IMG/VR virus record: IMGVR_UViG_3300011339_000273
Span: 1 to 40,670 of that record
Direction: 5' to 3' (one strand)
Source: a virus
Lineage: Duplodnaviria; Caudoviricetes
Length of the DNA stretch: 40,670 nucleotides
Made by a program: the position numbers and the translations under genes. Below, one piece after another: positions 1 through 9,592 of the stretch. The notes under the pieces are model-generated. The model was not told the DNA's origin. It made no database searches and saw only the letters and a list, made by a program, of their open reading frames with translations. The first letter of the stretch is position 1. Each line of letters begins with the position of its first letter.

Positions 1-93
1 ACCACCACCTCCACCACCACCACCGCCACCACCGCCACCACCACCACCGCCACCACCGCCACCACCACCACCACCACCACCACCACCACCGCC
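1..93. repeat. (NCC)n trinucleotide tract encoding poly-Gly on minus strand
   Basis: 31 consecutive Ncc triplets (GGN on minus). Confidence 0.95.
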
Positions 94-732
94 AGTGTTG
101 TTAGCAATGACTACAAGTTTAGTTAGGTCAACCTCAGTCCCGCCAGTGTTGTTAGCAATGTCTACAAGTTTAGTTAGGTCAACCTCAGTCCCGCCAGTGT
201 TGTTTGCGATGTCTACAAGTTTAGTTAGGTCAACCTCAGTCCCGCCACCGTTGTTTGTATTGTTAGCTAACGCGATAAGCCCCGCGTCAGAGGCGTTATT
301 CTGGTTGATGGCAGTTTGCTCGTTTGCCTTGGCGATAAGCCCCGCGTCAGAGGCGTTATTCTGGTTGATGGCAGTTTGCTTGTTTGCCTTAGCGACAAGA
401 TTTTTATCAGAAGAATTGTTTTGGTTTACAGCGGCTTGTGACCGTGCCTTTTCCTCAAGCTTTTTATCTGAGGCGCTGTTCTGGTTGGTAGCCTTTTGTG
501 TGGTAGCCTTCTCGACAAGATTTTTATCAGAAGAATTGTTCTGGTTGGTAGCCTTTTGCACCGTAGCTTTTTCAATGAGTTTTTTATCCGCGGCACTGTT
601 TTGGGTGGTGGCCTTAGTGGCCTTAGTCCCTGTGGAACCGCCATCGTATTTTTTTGTGACGCTGCGCGGCGCGGCACGCTTCTGTGCCTGCAAGTAAGCC
701 TGTAGGTCGTGTAAGACTTTCCGAGAGTGCAT
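1..732 (-). CDS. Partial (runs off window) low-complexity repeat protein, probably virion/internal protein
   Basis: Missing from ORF track. ATG at 732 with GAGG upstream; frame open to position 1: MHSRKVLHDLQAYLQAQKRAAPRSVTKKYDGG..., then six ~20-aa repeats, three 17-aa GGTEVDLTKLVDIANNT repeats and >=31 Gly. Confidence 0.8.
   Translation of the reverse strand, partial: MHSRKVLHDLQAYLQAQKRAAPRSVTKKYDGGSTGTKATKATTQNSAADKKLIEKATVQKATNQNNSSDKNLVEKATTQKATNQNSASDKKLEEKARSQAAVNQNNSSDKNLVAKANKQTAINQNNASDAGLIAKANEQTAINQNNASDAGLIALANNTNNGGGTEVDLTKLVDIANNTGGTEVDLTKLVDIANNTGGTEVDLTKLVVIANNTGGGGGGGGGGGGGGGGGGGGGGGGGGGGGGG
91..243. repeat. 3 x 51-bp coding tandem repeat
   Basis: gccagtgttgttagcaatg...gttaggtcaacctcagtccc at 91, 142, 193. 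Confidence 0.95.
271..630. repeat. ~6 x 60-bp degenerate coding tandem repeat
   Basis: 271-330 and 331-390 nearly identical; later copies diverge but keep NQNxxxDxxL in the protein. Confidence 0.85.
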
Positions 733-799
733 GATTTACCTCATCTTCCGCGTGTTGCCGCATACTAGCACAGGCTAGTACATAAGTTCCATATTAAGT

Positions 800-1033
800 T
801 TACGGTGTAAGTTTCAAGAACCCGCTGCTATCTACGTAGATAGTCCCCGACTCAAGCCCTGTAGTGCTGGTAGGCACACTGGTAAGCACAATGGTCGTGT
901 TGCGGCCTTCGCCGGGGTTCTGCATCTGTTGCATATACTGCACAAAAACACGAGTAACTTCTGCCATATAGCGCTGGTCGTATTCTTTTGGGGGCACTGG
1001 AAACGGAATATTGGGGACGTTACGCGAAGCCAT
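800..1033 (-). CDS. Small hypothetical virion-associated protein
   Basis: 77 aa, immediately downstream of the tail protein gene, AGGT RBS. Confidence 0.7.
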   Translation of the reverse strand: MASRNVPNIPFPVPPKEYDQRYMAEVTRVFVQYMQQMQNPGEGRNTTIVLTSVPTSTTGLESGTIYVDSSGFLKLTP

Positions 1034-1035
1034 AG

Positions 1036-3210
1036 CTACCTCTTTCCATCGGAGCGAACATCAAGGCGCGGAGCCCCGAGACGCCAAGTGACACCTACAC
1101 CATCGCTGTCAATACGGAACGTAAAGCTACGGCCCCGCAAGCGAGTAAAGACTTGGTTTGTAAACTGCTCGACAGGGTAGGTTCCTGTACGTGTGATCGC
1201 GCTACCCGTGTACCCTGAAGGCGCAGCATTGAAATCCGCGCCGGGGAAGTTAGACATTTTCACAGTCATAGTAGCTGATGGCAGCGTTGCGGTAGAGTTC
1301 CTGAAAGTAAGGTCAGGAATGACGCGCCAGATAAACGCAAATGAGTCCCCATCTCCAAGGTCTTGCCCAGAAGATTCGATATACGCGCTGATAGCGGAAG
1401 TAGGAGTTGTGCTACCATCGTCCATACCCGACTCGTGCAGGTACATATAGTTATCAGTTGACGCCGCGATAGGGTAGCTACCTAAGTTTTTGTGTGTCCA
1501 AGCGGTGCGGGCCATGGAACCGTAGTACCAGATACGCTGTTGATAATTATAGACAACGTAAGAATCGTTCTCAGAGTTTGTTACGCCATTGGTGACCGTA
1601 TTTGATGGGTAGAACCACCATATTTCGCCGTAGTTAATGTTTACCCCAGCTACTATTTTTGGCGTTTGGTTAGAGTTAATACGGGAAAATACGTAGTCCT
1701 TTACATCGCATGGAACCTGCGAAACAACCCCGTTGTAGACGTAGAAGTCACCCTCCCCCATCCAGTACACGGCATCATCGACGGCAATCGCAGCGTTAGG
1801 GCTTGTGATAGAGATGTTGTCGGATAGCATCGTAAGGCCGAAAATGTATGGAGCCCCGAGGTACTGCAGTGCGTGCACAGAGGTATCTGTGATAACGAGT
1901 ATCTGTTGTTTAGTTTCGATTGCGGTAACAATAAACGAACCAGACCCGATACGTAGAGAACCTGCGTCATTCGTAGGCAACGTCCGCCATTCAGTAATAC
2001 TTTCCGTGGCGCTGAACCGGATAAGCAGAGGGTCTTGCGTACCAAGGCTAAACTCATCGTCGCAACCGAAAGCAATGATATGGCGGTCGTTATCGCTTAC
2101 CAGCACTTGCTTAGCGATGGTTGGGGCTGTACCTACCGCACCCGTAGGTGAGTAAGGTGCCACTAGGGTAGAGATATTGACAGCGCGTGGGTACGGGGAC
2201 GAAGTATCATTTACCCAGTAATATATGCCACCGTTACGCACATTTATCAGTAGGTTTTGACCAAAGTTATCGTGCGTCCATAGCCGAAGCTGCGAATCTG
2301 CAGTGGTAGCCGTGTAGCCCTCGCCCCAACCTTGCCTACCCCATACCCCTACACCCCAACCCGTACCCGAGCTGGCTGTATTTAGGCCCGTGTTAATCTG
2401 ATAAGCGCCGACTGTTAAAGCCCCACCTGTGCCCGTATCCGCAGTGGTGGGAAACGTGTACGTAGGAGCTAACCCCGAAGATGTCGCTATGGAGCTTACA
2501 GAGGATACGGTACGGGCCTCAATGGTGTACGTTGACGAAGAAATAATTGAAGTGATTTGGTATTCTTGGTTAAGAACCGCTGCAGTAATTGCGCCTCCAA
2601 GAGACACTGCACCGCTAAACGTCACAAAGTCAGTTGCAGCCGCGCCGTGGGCGGTGTCTGTTACGGTAATGGTAGCGCAGAAAATACCTACGCCGCTCAA
2701 GTGCGCAGCCGCCGTTGTGCCTTGTTGCCCACGAAGGAGCCCTGTCAATGTGTTACCAGCTACGCCAGAGTATCGAATCTGCTCGGAATCAATCTGAACA
2801 ATCCCCCCAGTCGTGGGAAACCCTGTGGCAGACGCAATAGTTACGGTGGTATCAATAGCGGTTATATCCGCGCTTAGTGTGCTCTTTCCCGCGGCAAATG
2901 TTACCGCGCCCGCAGCGGTGGTTTCCCTGATAGGTGTGATATCGTTATATGTACCGTTACCAGAAACGTAGTATTTCTGAGAAGTGCCGAGTCCTATGTA
3001 TTCGTTGGTATCAAGCGCCACCCACGGATGGATAGCGCGACAAGTTCCTAGCAGAACCGTGGTAGCATTAAAGGGTTGCCAACCACCAATCTTTTCGGGA
3101 TAGCCCATACGGAAACGAACTTTGTCAACGTCCCACCAACCGCCTTCGTTTGCATAGCCTGTGGTTTCGCGGTTTAGTCCCGGCTGGAACTGAAGCTTCA
3201 TTAACGGCAT
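1036..3210 (-). CDS. Tail tubular/nozzle (DNA stabilisation)-like structural protein
   Basis: 724 aa, beta-rich with propeller-like W/G motifs, AGGAGG RBS, position in podovirus-like tail module. Confidence 0.7.
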   Translation of the reverse strand: MPLMKLQFQPGLNRETTGYANEGGWWDVDKVRFRMGYPEKIGGWQPFNATTVLLGTCRAIHPWVALDTNEYIGLGTSQKYYVSGNGTYNDITPIRETTAAGAVTFAAGKSTLSADITAIDTTVTIASATGFPTTGGIVQIDSEQIRYSGVAGNTLTGLLRGQQGTTAAAHLSGVGIFCATITVTDTAHGAAATDFVTFSGAVSLGGAITAAVLNQEYQITSIISSSTYTIEARTVSSVSSIATSSGLAPTYTFPTTADTGTGGALTVGAYQINTGLNTASSGTGWGVGVWGRQGWGEGYTATTADSQLRLWTHDNFGQNLLINVRNGGIYYWVNDTSSPYPRAVNISTLVAPYSPTGAVGTAPTIAKQVLVSDNDRHIIAFGCDDEFSLGTQDPLLIRFSATESITEWRTLPTNDAGSLRIGSGSFIVTAIETKQQILVITDTSVHALQYLGAPYIFGLTMLSDNISITSPNAAIAVDDAVYWMGEGDFYVYNGVVSQVPCDVKDYVFSRINSNQTPKIVAGVNINYGEIWWFYPSNTVTNGVTNSENDSYVVYNYQQRIWYYGSMARTAWTHKNLGSYPIAASTDNYMYLHESGMDDGSTTPTSAISAYIESSGQDLGDGDSFAFIWRVIPDLTFRNSTATLPSATMTVKMSNFPGADFNAAPSGYTGSAITRTGTYPVEQFTNQVFTRLRGRSFTFRIDSDGVGVTWRLGAPRLDVRSDGKR

Positions 3211-3238
3211 AGCAGCCTCCTGTTGCCGGGATTATACC

Positions 3239-3406
3239 TTACGCCTTGCGCTTAGACCACACCGACCATGCAGCTACGACCATTGTAGAAACAGCTCCGC
3301 CGATTGTAGCGGCAGTTTCGTTGTCAATCACATTCTTTCCGGCCAAGTAAGCCACCAGAGCGGTCACCAGAGTGCGGACGATGCCGCCGATTTCACTAGA
3401 GTTCAT
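3239..3406 (-). CDS. Putative small holin from internal in-frame start
   Basis: GGGGAAG RBS before ATG 3406; MNSSEIGGIVRTLVTALVAYLAG...AAWSVWSKRKA with 2 hydrophobic segments. Confidence 0.6.
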   Translation of the reverse strand: MNSSEIGGIVRTLVTALVAYLAGKNVIDNETAATIGGAVSTMVVAAWSVWSKRKA

Positions 3407-3952
3407 TTTTCTTCCCCATATAAGCGTCGACATGACGCGGATAATTGCAGTGTTGAAGGGTACAGGCTCGTCAAACTCAGGCGCGTATACGTGCATATCT
3501 GCGGTAGCGGGCGTCAGGAACAACGCTATCTCCGCGTTGCGGCGATTGACTAAGCCTTTCTCAACTTTGCCGTTGTCCTTGTTCCACATCCTGAACGCAG
3601 CCGCCGCTTTATCCTTATTGCCCGCGTTTAACTCACGAAGGACAGTAGATTTTGCAAAAGCGTCTGGGCCGATGTTGTACGCCAATGACACACAAGTCCC
3701 ACGTTCATTTTGGTTGACCTTTGCTGTGATCAGCTCGTCAACTTGTGCCGCAAACTTGTTGATGCCTTGCAGTAGCAACTCCTCGGCGCGTCCTTGAGTG
3801 ATTGTCATGCCTTTGGTTGGCTCGATACCAAGCCCCGCTGCCGCTGTAGTGCCGTAACCAATAGTCCACACACCGCCGCCATCTTGGTAGGCCGTCAACT
3901 TGCAGCCTTCCCACTGCTTAATCAGATCTAACGTAGCCTTATTCACGTTCAT
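3239..3952 (-). CDS. GH24 lysozyme endolysin with in-frame C-terminal holin-like segment
   Basis: WEGCKLTAYQDGGGVWTIGYGTT (E...D...T triad), GLVNRRNAE; last 55 aa have two hydrophobic helices and a basic tail. Confidence 0.9.
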   Translation of the reverse strand: MNVNKATLDLIKQWEGCKLTAYQDGGGVWTIGYGTTAAAGLGIEPTKGMTITQGRAEELLLQGINKFAAQVDELITAKVNQNERGTCVSLAYNIGPDAFAKSTVLRELNAGNKDKAAAAFRMWNKDNGKVEKGLVNRRNAEIALFLTPATADMHVYAPEFDEPVPFNTAIIRVMSTLIWGRKMNSSEIGGIVRTLVTALVAYLAGKNVIDNETAATIGGAVSTMVVAAWSVWSKRKA

Positions 3953-4194
3953 CGCGGGAGGGCCTTATGGATTTCGTCAAGCTTTGTCATTATCGACTTA
4001 AAGCTTTCCTTGGCTTCCTTGAACTCGCGGTCATGGTTTTCCTTTACCAGAGCGTGTTCAGCTTTCACCACAGCAAGTTCTTTCTCATGCCGCTGGGTCA
4101 TGGAGTAGTGCGCCCACATAGCGCCAGCCAACGGCAGTACGGCAAATTGCAAAATGACTTTAACGATGTCAAACATACTTGGATCAGGCTGCAT
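3949..4194 (-). CDS. Small membrane protein (holin/lysis-associated)
   Basis: N-terminal hydrophobic helix plus coiled-coil; ATGA overlap with endolysin. Confidence 0.65.
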   Translation of the reverse strand: MQPDPSMFDIVKVILQFAVLPLAGAMWAHYSMTQRHEKELAVVKAEHALVKENHDREFKEAKESFKSIMTKLDEIHKALPR

Positions 4195-5192
4195 TATGCA
4201 GACACCCCTTTGATGATAGTGAAGTTGACAATTGGGGTATCCGAAGCTGTACCAACCACCGATGCCATTGTGATCTGAAACGATGTTGCCGCCGTAATGG
4301 CTGTAACAGAAGCGACATAAGTGTTGGTTGCGCCACGAACAGACAACACAACTGTATCGGTGACGGCAATGCCCGTGTTTGGCACGGTGAACGAAAAATA
4401 AGTTCCGACAACGGCTGTGGTTGTGAACAAAGTAATTGCGCCAGATTTCTTTGTGCTAGTGGTAGGCGTACTTGTTGTGCGGCTTGTTAACTGCGTTACG
4501 GCAGTGCCTGCGCCAGTGGCGTACCCAACACCACCTGTGCCGGAAGACAAGACGCTGGTTGATGCTGTGGCGGTGGTAAACGCACCTGTGGATGGGCTGG
4601 ATGCACCAACGGTGCCGCTATAGACGCCAGAAGTAATTGTCGGCCCCGTGCCTAAAACGTTAGCGCCTGAGCCAGTAGATGTGGTGACGCCCGTACCCCC
4701 GGAAGCAACAGGAATAGCGGATGAAAGCCCAGTAATAGAACCCCCAGTGATAGTAGCACTAGACAAGGCAAATGTTGATGTAAGATCAACAACCGCGGCT
4801 GTTGCCCCTGCGCCATCGCAGTACACAATTTTAGATGTGCCAGTAGTAAGTGTTACCGTGCCGCCCGTACCTTGCGTAAGTATAATGCTGCGAGCCGTGT
4901 TATTCTTAACCAAGTACATATGCTGGGCGGTATTTGGGGAAATTGTAACCGTGTTGGTGGCGCTAGGAGTACCGCCCAGAACTAGGACTTTGTACTGCCC
5001 TTCAGATAAAGCCCCCGCCGAACTTGTCGTGAGCGTGTATGTTGTGCCCGTACCTACAGAAACCGCGCCTACCCCGTTCGTAAGGCGGTCAATAATTTGC
5101 AGATTGGTGTTTGTTGTAGTACCCCAAATTCCTGTTTGATCACCTGAACCGATGAGTTCCATACCACTGTTCGTTGCGTAAGTGCTCGCCAT
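4194..5192 (-). CDS. Tail fibre-like / virion structural protein
   Basis: 332 aa T/S/G-rich, WGTTTNTNL N-terminal motif, VASGGTG repeat motif. Confidence 0.7.
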   Translation of the reverse strand: MASTYATNSGMELIGSGDQTGIWGTTTNTNLQIIDRLTNGVGAVSVGTGTTYTLTTSSAGALSEGQYKVLVLGGTPSATNTVTISPNTAQHMYLVKNNTARSIILTQGTGGTVTLTTGTSKIVYCDGAGATAAVVDLTSTFALSSATITGGSITGLSSAIPVASGGTGVTTSTGSGANVLGTGPTITSGVYSGTVGASSPSTGAFTTATASTSVLSSGTGGVGYATGAGTAVTQLTSRTTSTPTTSTKKSGAITLFTTTAVVGTYFSFTVPNTGIAVTDTVVLSVRGATNTYVASVTAITAATSFQITMASVVGTASDTPIVNFTIIKGVSA

Positions 5193-5239
5193 GTCAGTCC
5201 CTCATGCACAATTAAGCCACTATACGTAATACCGGGATT

Positions 5240-6601
5240 CTATGCAACACTTACCCATGGGTTTGATGCGCTCGGGACTATCGTACTATAGTCGGGGTTT
5301 TGGGTTGGTTGTATTGGACCCCAGACAAGAACATTTGAAACGTATCCATATGCGGCTATGCCCGTAGGTTCGACAGACGCAGTTCCAGTTATAGATACAG
5401 CATTAACTTCACCCACTGCGGCCACACCAGTGACGCTGACATTCACTGTTGGTAGTACCGTTACGGAGCCAACTGCGCTAATTCCCTCGTTTCCAGTTAC
5501 AGAAACTGTTACGCTAACTGTATTGATGGCGACAGTTACAGTTCCAACAGCTCCGGTGGCAGAAACACCGTTGACGGACACACTTTCATACTTTGCAACT
5601 ATTGCCGTGCCGACTCCGCCTGTGGCCTGTATGCCCGTGACGGTGGTGGATGCACTAGCAGAAACAGTCGCAGTGCCGACCGCGCTAGTAGCAGATACGT
5701 CCGTAACACTTGCTGACACGTTGACTGGTGGAACATAACGGATAACAATTATGCCACCAGCACCAGCGCCAGAGGTTATGCTGCCAGAGGCGCTTTGCCC
5801 AGCCCCACCTCCGCCACCACCATAACTTCCACCAGAATAACCTACAGAGGCACTAGTAGCAGTAAAACTCCCACCCCCACCGCCGCTGCCGTATATTGCT
5901 AAATCAGACCCATTACCCCCTCCTGTACCCGGTGCAGCCGTACTGCCCCCAATACCAGAAATACCGCCAAAACCACCGCCGCCTGAACCGCCATCACCTG
6001 TTGAACCACCACTTTTGTCAACGCCATTATTTCCTGCGCCCCTTGGTCCAGCAGCTCCACCTCCTCCAGTACGACCTCCCGTTGGGCCTCCCTGCTGTTC
6101 ACCTCCGTTACCACCCGTGTACTTTATGCTACCAATTGCACCTGTTAGCGAACCGCCAGCACCTCCTGCAAAGGTTCCCGAAGTAGCCCCCGCAACACCA
6201 CCAGCACCGCCATTTGCTGCGACTAACGATGACGCTTGTAAAGCATTCCCAAACCAAGTTGCCGTGCCAGAATTTCCGTTTATTTCTCCGCCACCTGTCC
6301 TAGTGACACCTACCCCACCTGTGCCTATTACATAGGAGACTGATCCAGATAGAGTTTGATTACTGGCCCTTGAATACCCACCGCCACCGCCACCTGTAGC
6401 AGTGTAAGGGTTCGTAGCAACCTGATAAGCAGTTCCGCCAGAACCACCAGCACCAATAACTTCAATGGTGTTTAGGGCGTTATTCCAGTCAGACGGAACG
6501 GTCCACGATGTACCAGAGGTCAATACTATTGTAGTGACATCTGGATTTACCCCGACATCATCCGCTAGGGGAGCAGAAGCTAGTGGGGAAAAGCCAAGCA
6601 T
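5240..6601 (-). CDS. Glycine-rich tail fibre-like protein
   Basis: WTVPSDW...VIGAGGSGG glycine-rich domain and C-terminal VTGVxAxGxVGTV repeats. Confidence 0.7.
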   Translation of the reverse strand: MLGFSPLASAPLADDVGVNPDVTTIVLTSGTSWTVPSDWNNALNTIEVIGAGGSGGTAYQVATNPYTATGGGGGGYSRASNQTLSGSVSYVIGTGGVGVTRTGGGEINGNSGTATWFGNALQASSLVAANGGAGGVAGATSGTFAGGAGGSLTGAIGSIKYTGGNGGEQQGGPTGGRTGGGGAAGPRGAGNNGVDKSGGSTGDGGSGGGGFGGISGIGGSTAAPGTGGGNGSDLAIYGSGGGGGSFTATSASVGYSGGSYGGGGGGAGQSASGSITSGAGAGGIIVIRYVPPVNVSASVTDVSATSAVGTATVSASASTTVTGIQATGGVGTAIVAKYESVSVNGVSATGAVGTVTVAINTVSVTVSVTGNEGISAVGSVTVLPTVNVSVTGVAAVGEVNAVSITGTASVEPTGIAAYGYVSNVLVWGPIQPTQNPDYSTIVPSASNPWVSVA

Positions 6602-6608
6602 TTATATG

Positions 6609-6794
6609 TCACTCCACTGGAGGGGTGAACGTCTCGCCATCGTACAGCCAGCCGGGGCCAACCTCAGTCGGGGCTGTAAGCCAGTCAGCTAAATCTGCGC
6701 GGTATGTGTCATTTGGAAATGGGATGTCGCTGATCAAAAACGCCTCGACCACCACACCATCTTCAACCCGTGCTTTTACAATTTGCTCCATCAT
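6609..6794 (-). CDS. Small tail-fibre-associated protein
   Basis: TAATG coupling to upstream gene, GGAG RBS, GWLYDGETFTPP motif. Confidence 0.6.
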   Translation of the reverse strand: MMEQIVKARVEDGVVVEAFLISDIPFPNDTYRADLADWLTAPTEVGPGWLYDGETFTPPVE

Positions 6795-7585
6795 TAACTC
6801 CACGGGCCGTAGGTTGTTGCTGTCGCGCTAGTGCTGATACGTCTCGCCATGAAATAACTATCTGTCTGCACAACAGCGGCAGCGGCTGTAGTTAGCGTGA
6901 AGGATGGAATAATCGTGCCAGCAACGGAAACTTTGAATGTTCCACAGATAAGTACACCGAGAGACTGTGAGGTCGCCACTGTAACAATGGCCGCGTTTGA
7001 TGTGACACCCGTCCAATAAGAACCACCAACAGCACTGCCAGCCCCCGGAAACGCAGCATCAGTACCACTAGCCGTAGACAAGGCAGACGCAACTGTAGCA
7101 GTGCCAGCGCCAAGAATACCAAACGCGCCATTGCCTGATGTTGACGACATAGTTGTCAAATATACAAACGCCTCATACCGATACGTTCCAATAGGCAAGG
7201 TCAGTGTTCCGTTGGTAGATGCGTTAAACAACTTTTGCGCTGCCGTGCTGCTTGTCAGTGTGTATGTTGCGTTCTGTTGTATCCAAAATTCCTCTTGAAT
7301 ATCTTCAGCACCAAGCGTGACATATACCACGGCAGAGCCGCTCAGTGACAGTAAAGACCCAGTACTAGACGATGTAAGAGTGCGCGATAGGGTCGTGCCA
7401 GATGTTGTATATACACCTGTGCCAATTTCCCAGTCTATACCGTCCTCAATCGTGTAGCGTACTTGATCCGTGTTAAGTACACCTGCCGCACCAAAAGTCT
7501 GAAAATTGCTAGACGCCGAGCCAAGCGTAATTGTGCCTGTCCCCGTGGTTGCTGTCGTCATCTTTGCGCGGTTGACGGTTCTCAT
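6794..7585 (-). CDS. Virion structural (tail) protein
   Basis: 263 aa; N-terminal TGTGTITLG...[16 protein letters not shown] motif typical of phage tail proteins. Confidence 0.65.
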   Translation of the reverse strand: MRTVNRAKMTTATTGTGTITLGSASSNFQTFGAAGVLNTDQVRYTIEDGIDWEIGTGVYTTSGTTLSRTLTSSSTGSLLSLSGSAVVYVTLGAEDIQEEFWIQQNATYTLTSSTAAQKLFNASTNGTLTLPIGTYRYEAFVYLTTMSSTSGNGAFGILGAGTATVASALSTASGTDAAFPGAGSAVGGSYWTGVTSNAAIVTVATSQSLGVLICGTFKVSVAGTIIPSFTLTTAAAAVVQTDSYFMARRISTSATATTYGPWS

Positions 7586-8043
7586 TATGCAATCCGAATA
7601 ATGGCCGTTGAAGATGTAGCAGACGGGAACACAACAGTGAATGTGCCAGAAGTAGAGGTTTTATCGCTACCAAAGTCTAAGATAACCACTGTAGGGTTGG
7701 TCAAGCCCGCCGAAGATGTGGTGTTTGGCGTAGTATTGTAAATCATAGCACCGCGAGCGGTGATGGTGGCCGTGGTAAAGTCTATGTCAGCAAAGTCAGT
7801 GAACGCAGTGGTTCCAGAGTTTGTGGCAGTGATGTTGGTCAACGTACCGCCACCAGCGGAATATGAGCCGGATGCAGCAACTTCATTAGTCGCCGTGTAA
7901 GCAGTGGTAGTAGCGTCAAAAGTTGCGCTGCTGGTGTACAGTGCAAGCTTGAACGCATCGCCCGTGGTGAGAGTGAAGTCGTGACAACCTTTCAAGAGTT
8001 CTGTCTTGAAAGACGTAGCCATAAAGTTTCCAGTGAACGAAAT
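7585..8043 (-). CDS. Virion structural protein; probable non-canonical ATT start (first ATG at 8022)
   Basis: AGGAGG 5 nt before in-frame ATT TCG TTC ACT GGA AAC TTT ATG; TSFKTELL...[10 protein letters not shown]...[10 protein letters not shown] motif. Confidence 0.75.
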   Translation of the reverse strand: MSFTGNFMATSFKTELLKGCHDFTLTTGDAFKLALYTSSATFDATTTAYTATNEVAASGSYSAGGGTLTNITATNSGTTAFTDFADIDFTTATITARGAMIYNTTPNTTSSAGLTNPTVVILDFGSDKTSTSGTFTVVFPSATSSTAIIRIA

Positions 8044-8059
8044 TTTAGCCTCCTACCTA

Positions 8060-8644
8060 TTACCCAAGCATCTGGGGTTGCACCATTTTTTTGGGGATAA
8101 GTACCCCACCTTTGCCCCAACGAAAACCCAACGGGGGCGCTGGGGGTTTAACCCCAGATTTGAGCATACTATCACGCATTTTTTCTTTTGTATCTAGCGT
8201 ATGGGATACCCCATAACGATGAGACATTTCCGGAGGGAGTTCAGCATTCCATACGGTCTGTCCCTTCTTGAACTCAGTACCCGGAGAATTTCTACCCCGT
8301 GCTTTTGCAGATTTACTCATCTTCAAACGAGATTCATCCGTATACTTAAAGTCCTTGCGCGATTCTGCTGCGCGTTCCCGCTCTGAGGCAAAGATCCGTG
8401 CCTTAAAATCTGGTATGCGCCCCATAGCAATCAAAGCTAACCAAAGGCCGCGAACACTTGGGTATATGCGAACAAGCAGTTTATGAGCAATGAAGTGTTC
8501 TTTTGCGGTCAGCAACACTAGGTTGCTCTTTGCATTGGAGCCACCCATACACTTAGGAACTATGTGGTGCTTCTCAGTGTATCCGACCAACTGACGTTGG
8601 GAAGCCTTCTCCATCAACGCAGTGTAAAGCCTCCCGTAGTCCAT
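8060..8644 (-). CDS. HNH homing endonuclease with NUMOD3-like tail
   Basis: EKHHIVPKCMGGSNAKSNLVLLTAKEHFIAHKLL; HTLDTKEKM repeat. Confidence 0.9.
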   Translation of the reverse strand: MDYGRLYTALMEKASQRQLVGYTEKHHIVPKCMGGSNAKSNLVLLTAKEHFIAHKLLVRIYPSVRGLWLALIAMGRIPDFKARIFASERERAAESRKDFKYTDESRLKMSKSAKARGRNSPGTEFKKGQTVWNAELPPEMSHRYGVSHTLDTKEKMRDSMLKSGVKPPAPPLGFRWGKGGVLIPKKMVQPQMLG

Positions 8645-8645
8645 G

Positions 8646-8942
8646 TCAGATCCTCCTGATCAGTTCAGCGAGGTCAGGGTGACCCGCATCGTTAAGCGCA
8701 TTATACACAGTAGTACGGTCATTGGCGATAGCGGTGTGCATATAGAGGGCTACCACCTTTTCAATCTGCTGCCGGAATGCTCGTGCTTGTTCCTTGATGG
8801 CAGGGGGCGCAGAATCTGACACATACATCAGCTTATCCGCGCAGCGCACTGCCAATTCCTCGGGTGTAAAGCCACGCCCGCTAGTCGTGTGAACTTGCAC
8901 AATCGGGGTATCCCGCGGAAATTCCATAGCTCCAGAGTTCAT
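8646..8942 (-). CDS. Hypothetical phage protein
   Basis: 98 aa, ATGA overlap with upstream gene. Confidence 0.75.
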   Translation of the reverse strand: MNSGAMEFPRDTPIVQVHTTSGRGFTPEELAVRCADKLMYVSDSAPPAIKEQARAFRQQIEKVVALYMHTAIANDRTTVYNALNDAGHPDLAELIRRI

Positions 8943-9589
8943 TTGTTGGTCCTTATTTGTCCATCGCGGTAGTCATCGCGCTTGCCACGTACATCAACCA
9001 TGCCAAGGTTCATAAGCGCTGCCTGATACCGTTCTGCGTATTTAGCCATCAAATCTGGATCACCCTTCATAAAGGTATAAGCCTCGATAAGGCTACCGTA
9101 CAAGAGGGTAGCTTCGGCGTTGTCACCCAGCCACGATGTATTTGTATCCACAATGGACGGCGGGTCGTAGAAGTAGTGCAACTCAACTTGATACGAAGCG
9201 TCTGGGGTTGGGCCTACAATAAAATTACCATAGGCCGTAGACACGCTTTCCCCGTCAAACTGGGCGTAGTATTTTGGCACCCCAGAGGTAGACGGAGACG
9301 GATAGGCTTCCCGCATGAAGTTCACATCTTTATCAAGCAGGTATTGGTAGTTACCGTCTCCATCTATCACTGCGAGAGAGAACACAGTAAGAAAGTCAGT
9401 AGGACGAGCGAGGTATTTATCTCCGCTCGTCAAAGTACCCAAAACGTTTTTACGAAGTTCTGGAATCATCACCGAGCGGTATACACGTTCCTCAGTCTGG
9501 CGAACAAACGTAGGAATATTGTTCACGAAAGTGGTTTCCGTGTTTTCCGTATAGTCCTGTATCGCCTGACTGAGTTCTGTGTAGTTCAT
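8939..9589 (-). CDS. Head-tail adaptor / tail tubular A-like protein
   Basis: MNYTELSQAIQDY...GVPKYYA...PTPDASYQVELHY...LLYGSLIEAY motif set. Confidence 0.7.
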   Translation of the reverse strand: MNYTELSQAIQDYTENTETTFVNNIPTFVRQTEERVYRSVMIPELRKNVLGTLTSGDKYLARPTDFLTVFSLAVIDGDGNYQYLLDKDVNFMREAYPSPSTSGVPKYYAQFDGESVSTAYGNFIVGPTPDASYQVELHYFYDPPSIVDTNTSWLGDNAEATLLYGSLIEAYTFMKGDPDLMAKYAERYQAALMNLGMVDVRGKRDDYRDGQIRTNK

Positions 9590-9592
9590 GGC

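Noticed and set aside
91-630. Tandem repeats as a CRISPR array
   Set aside because: Contiguous in-frame coding repeats (51 and 60 bp) with no unique spacers
95-697. 200-aa plus-strand ORF
   Set aside because: Antisense shadow of the repeat-rich minus-strand gene, which has the RBS and matches arm orientation
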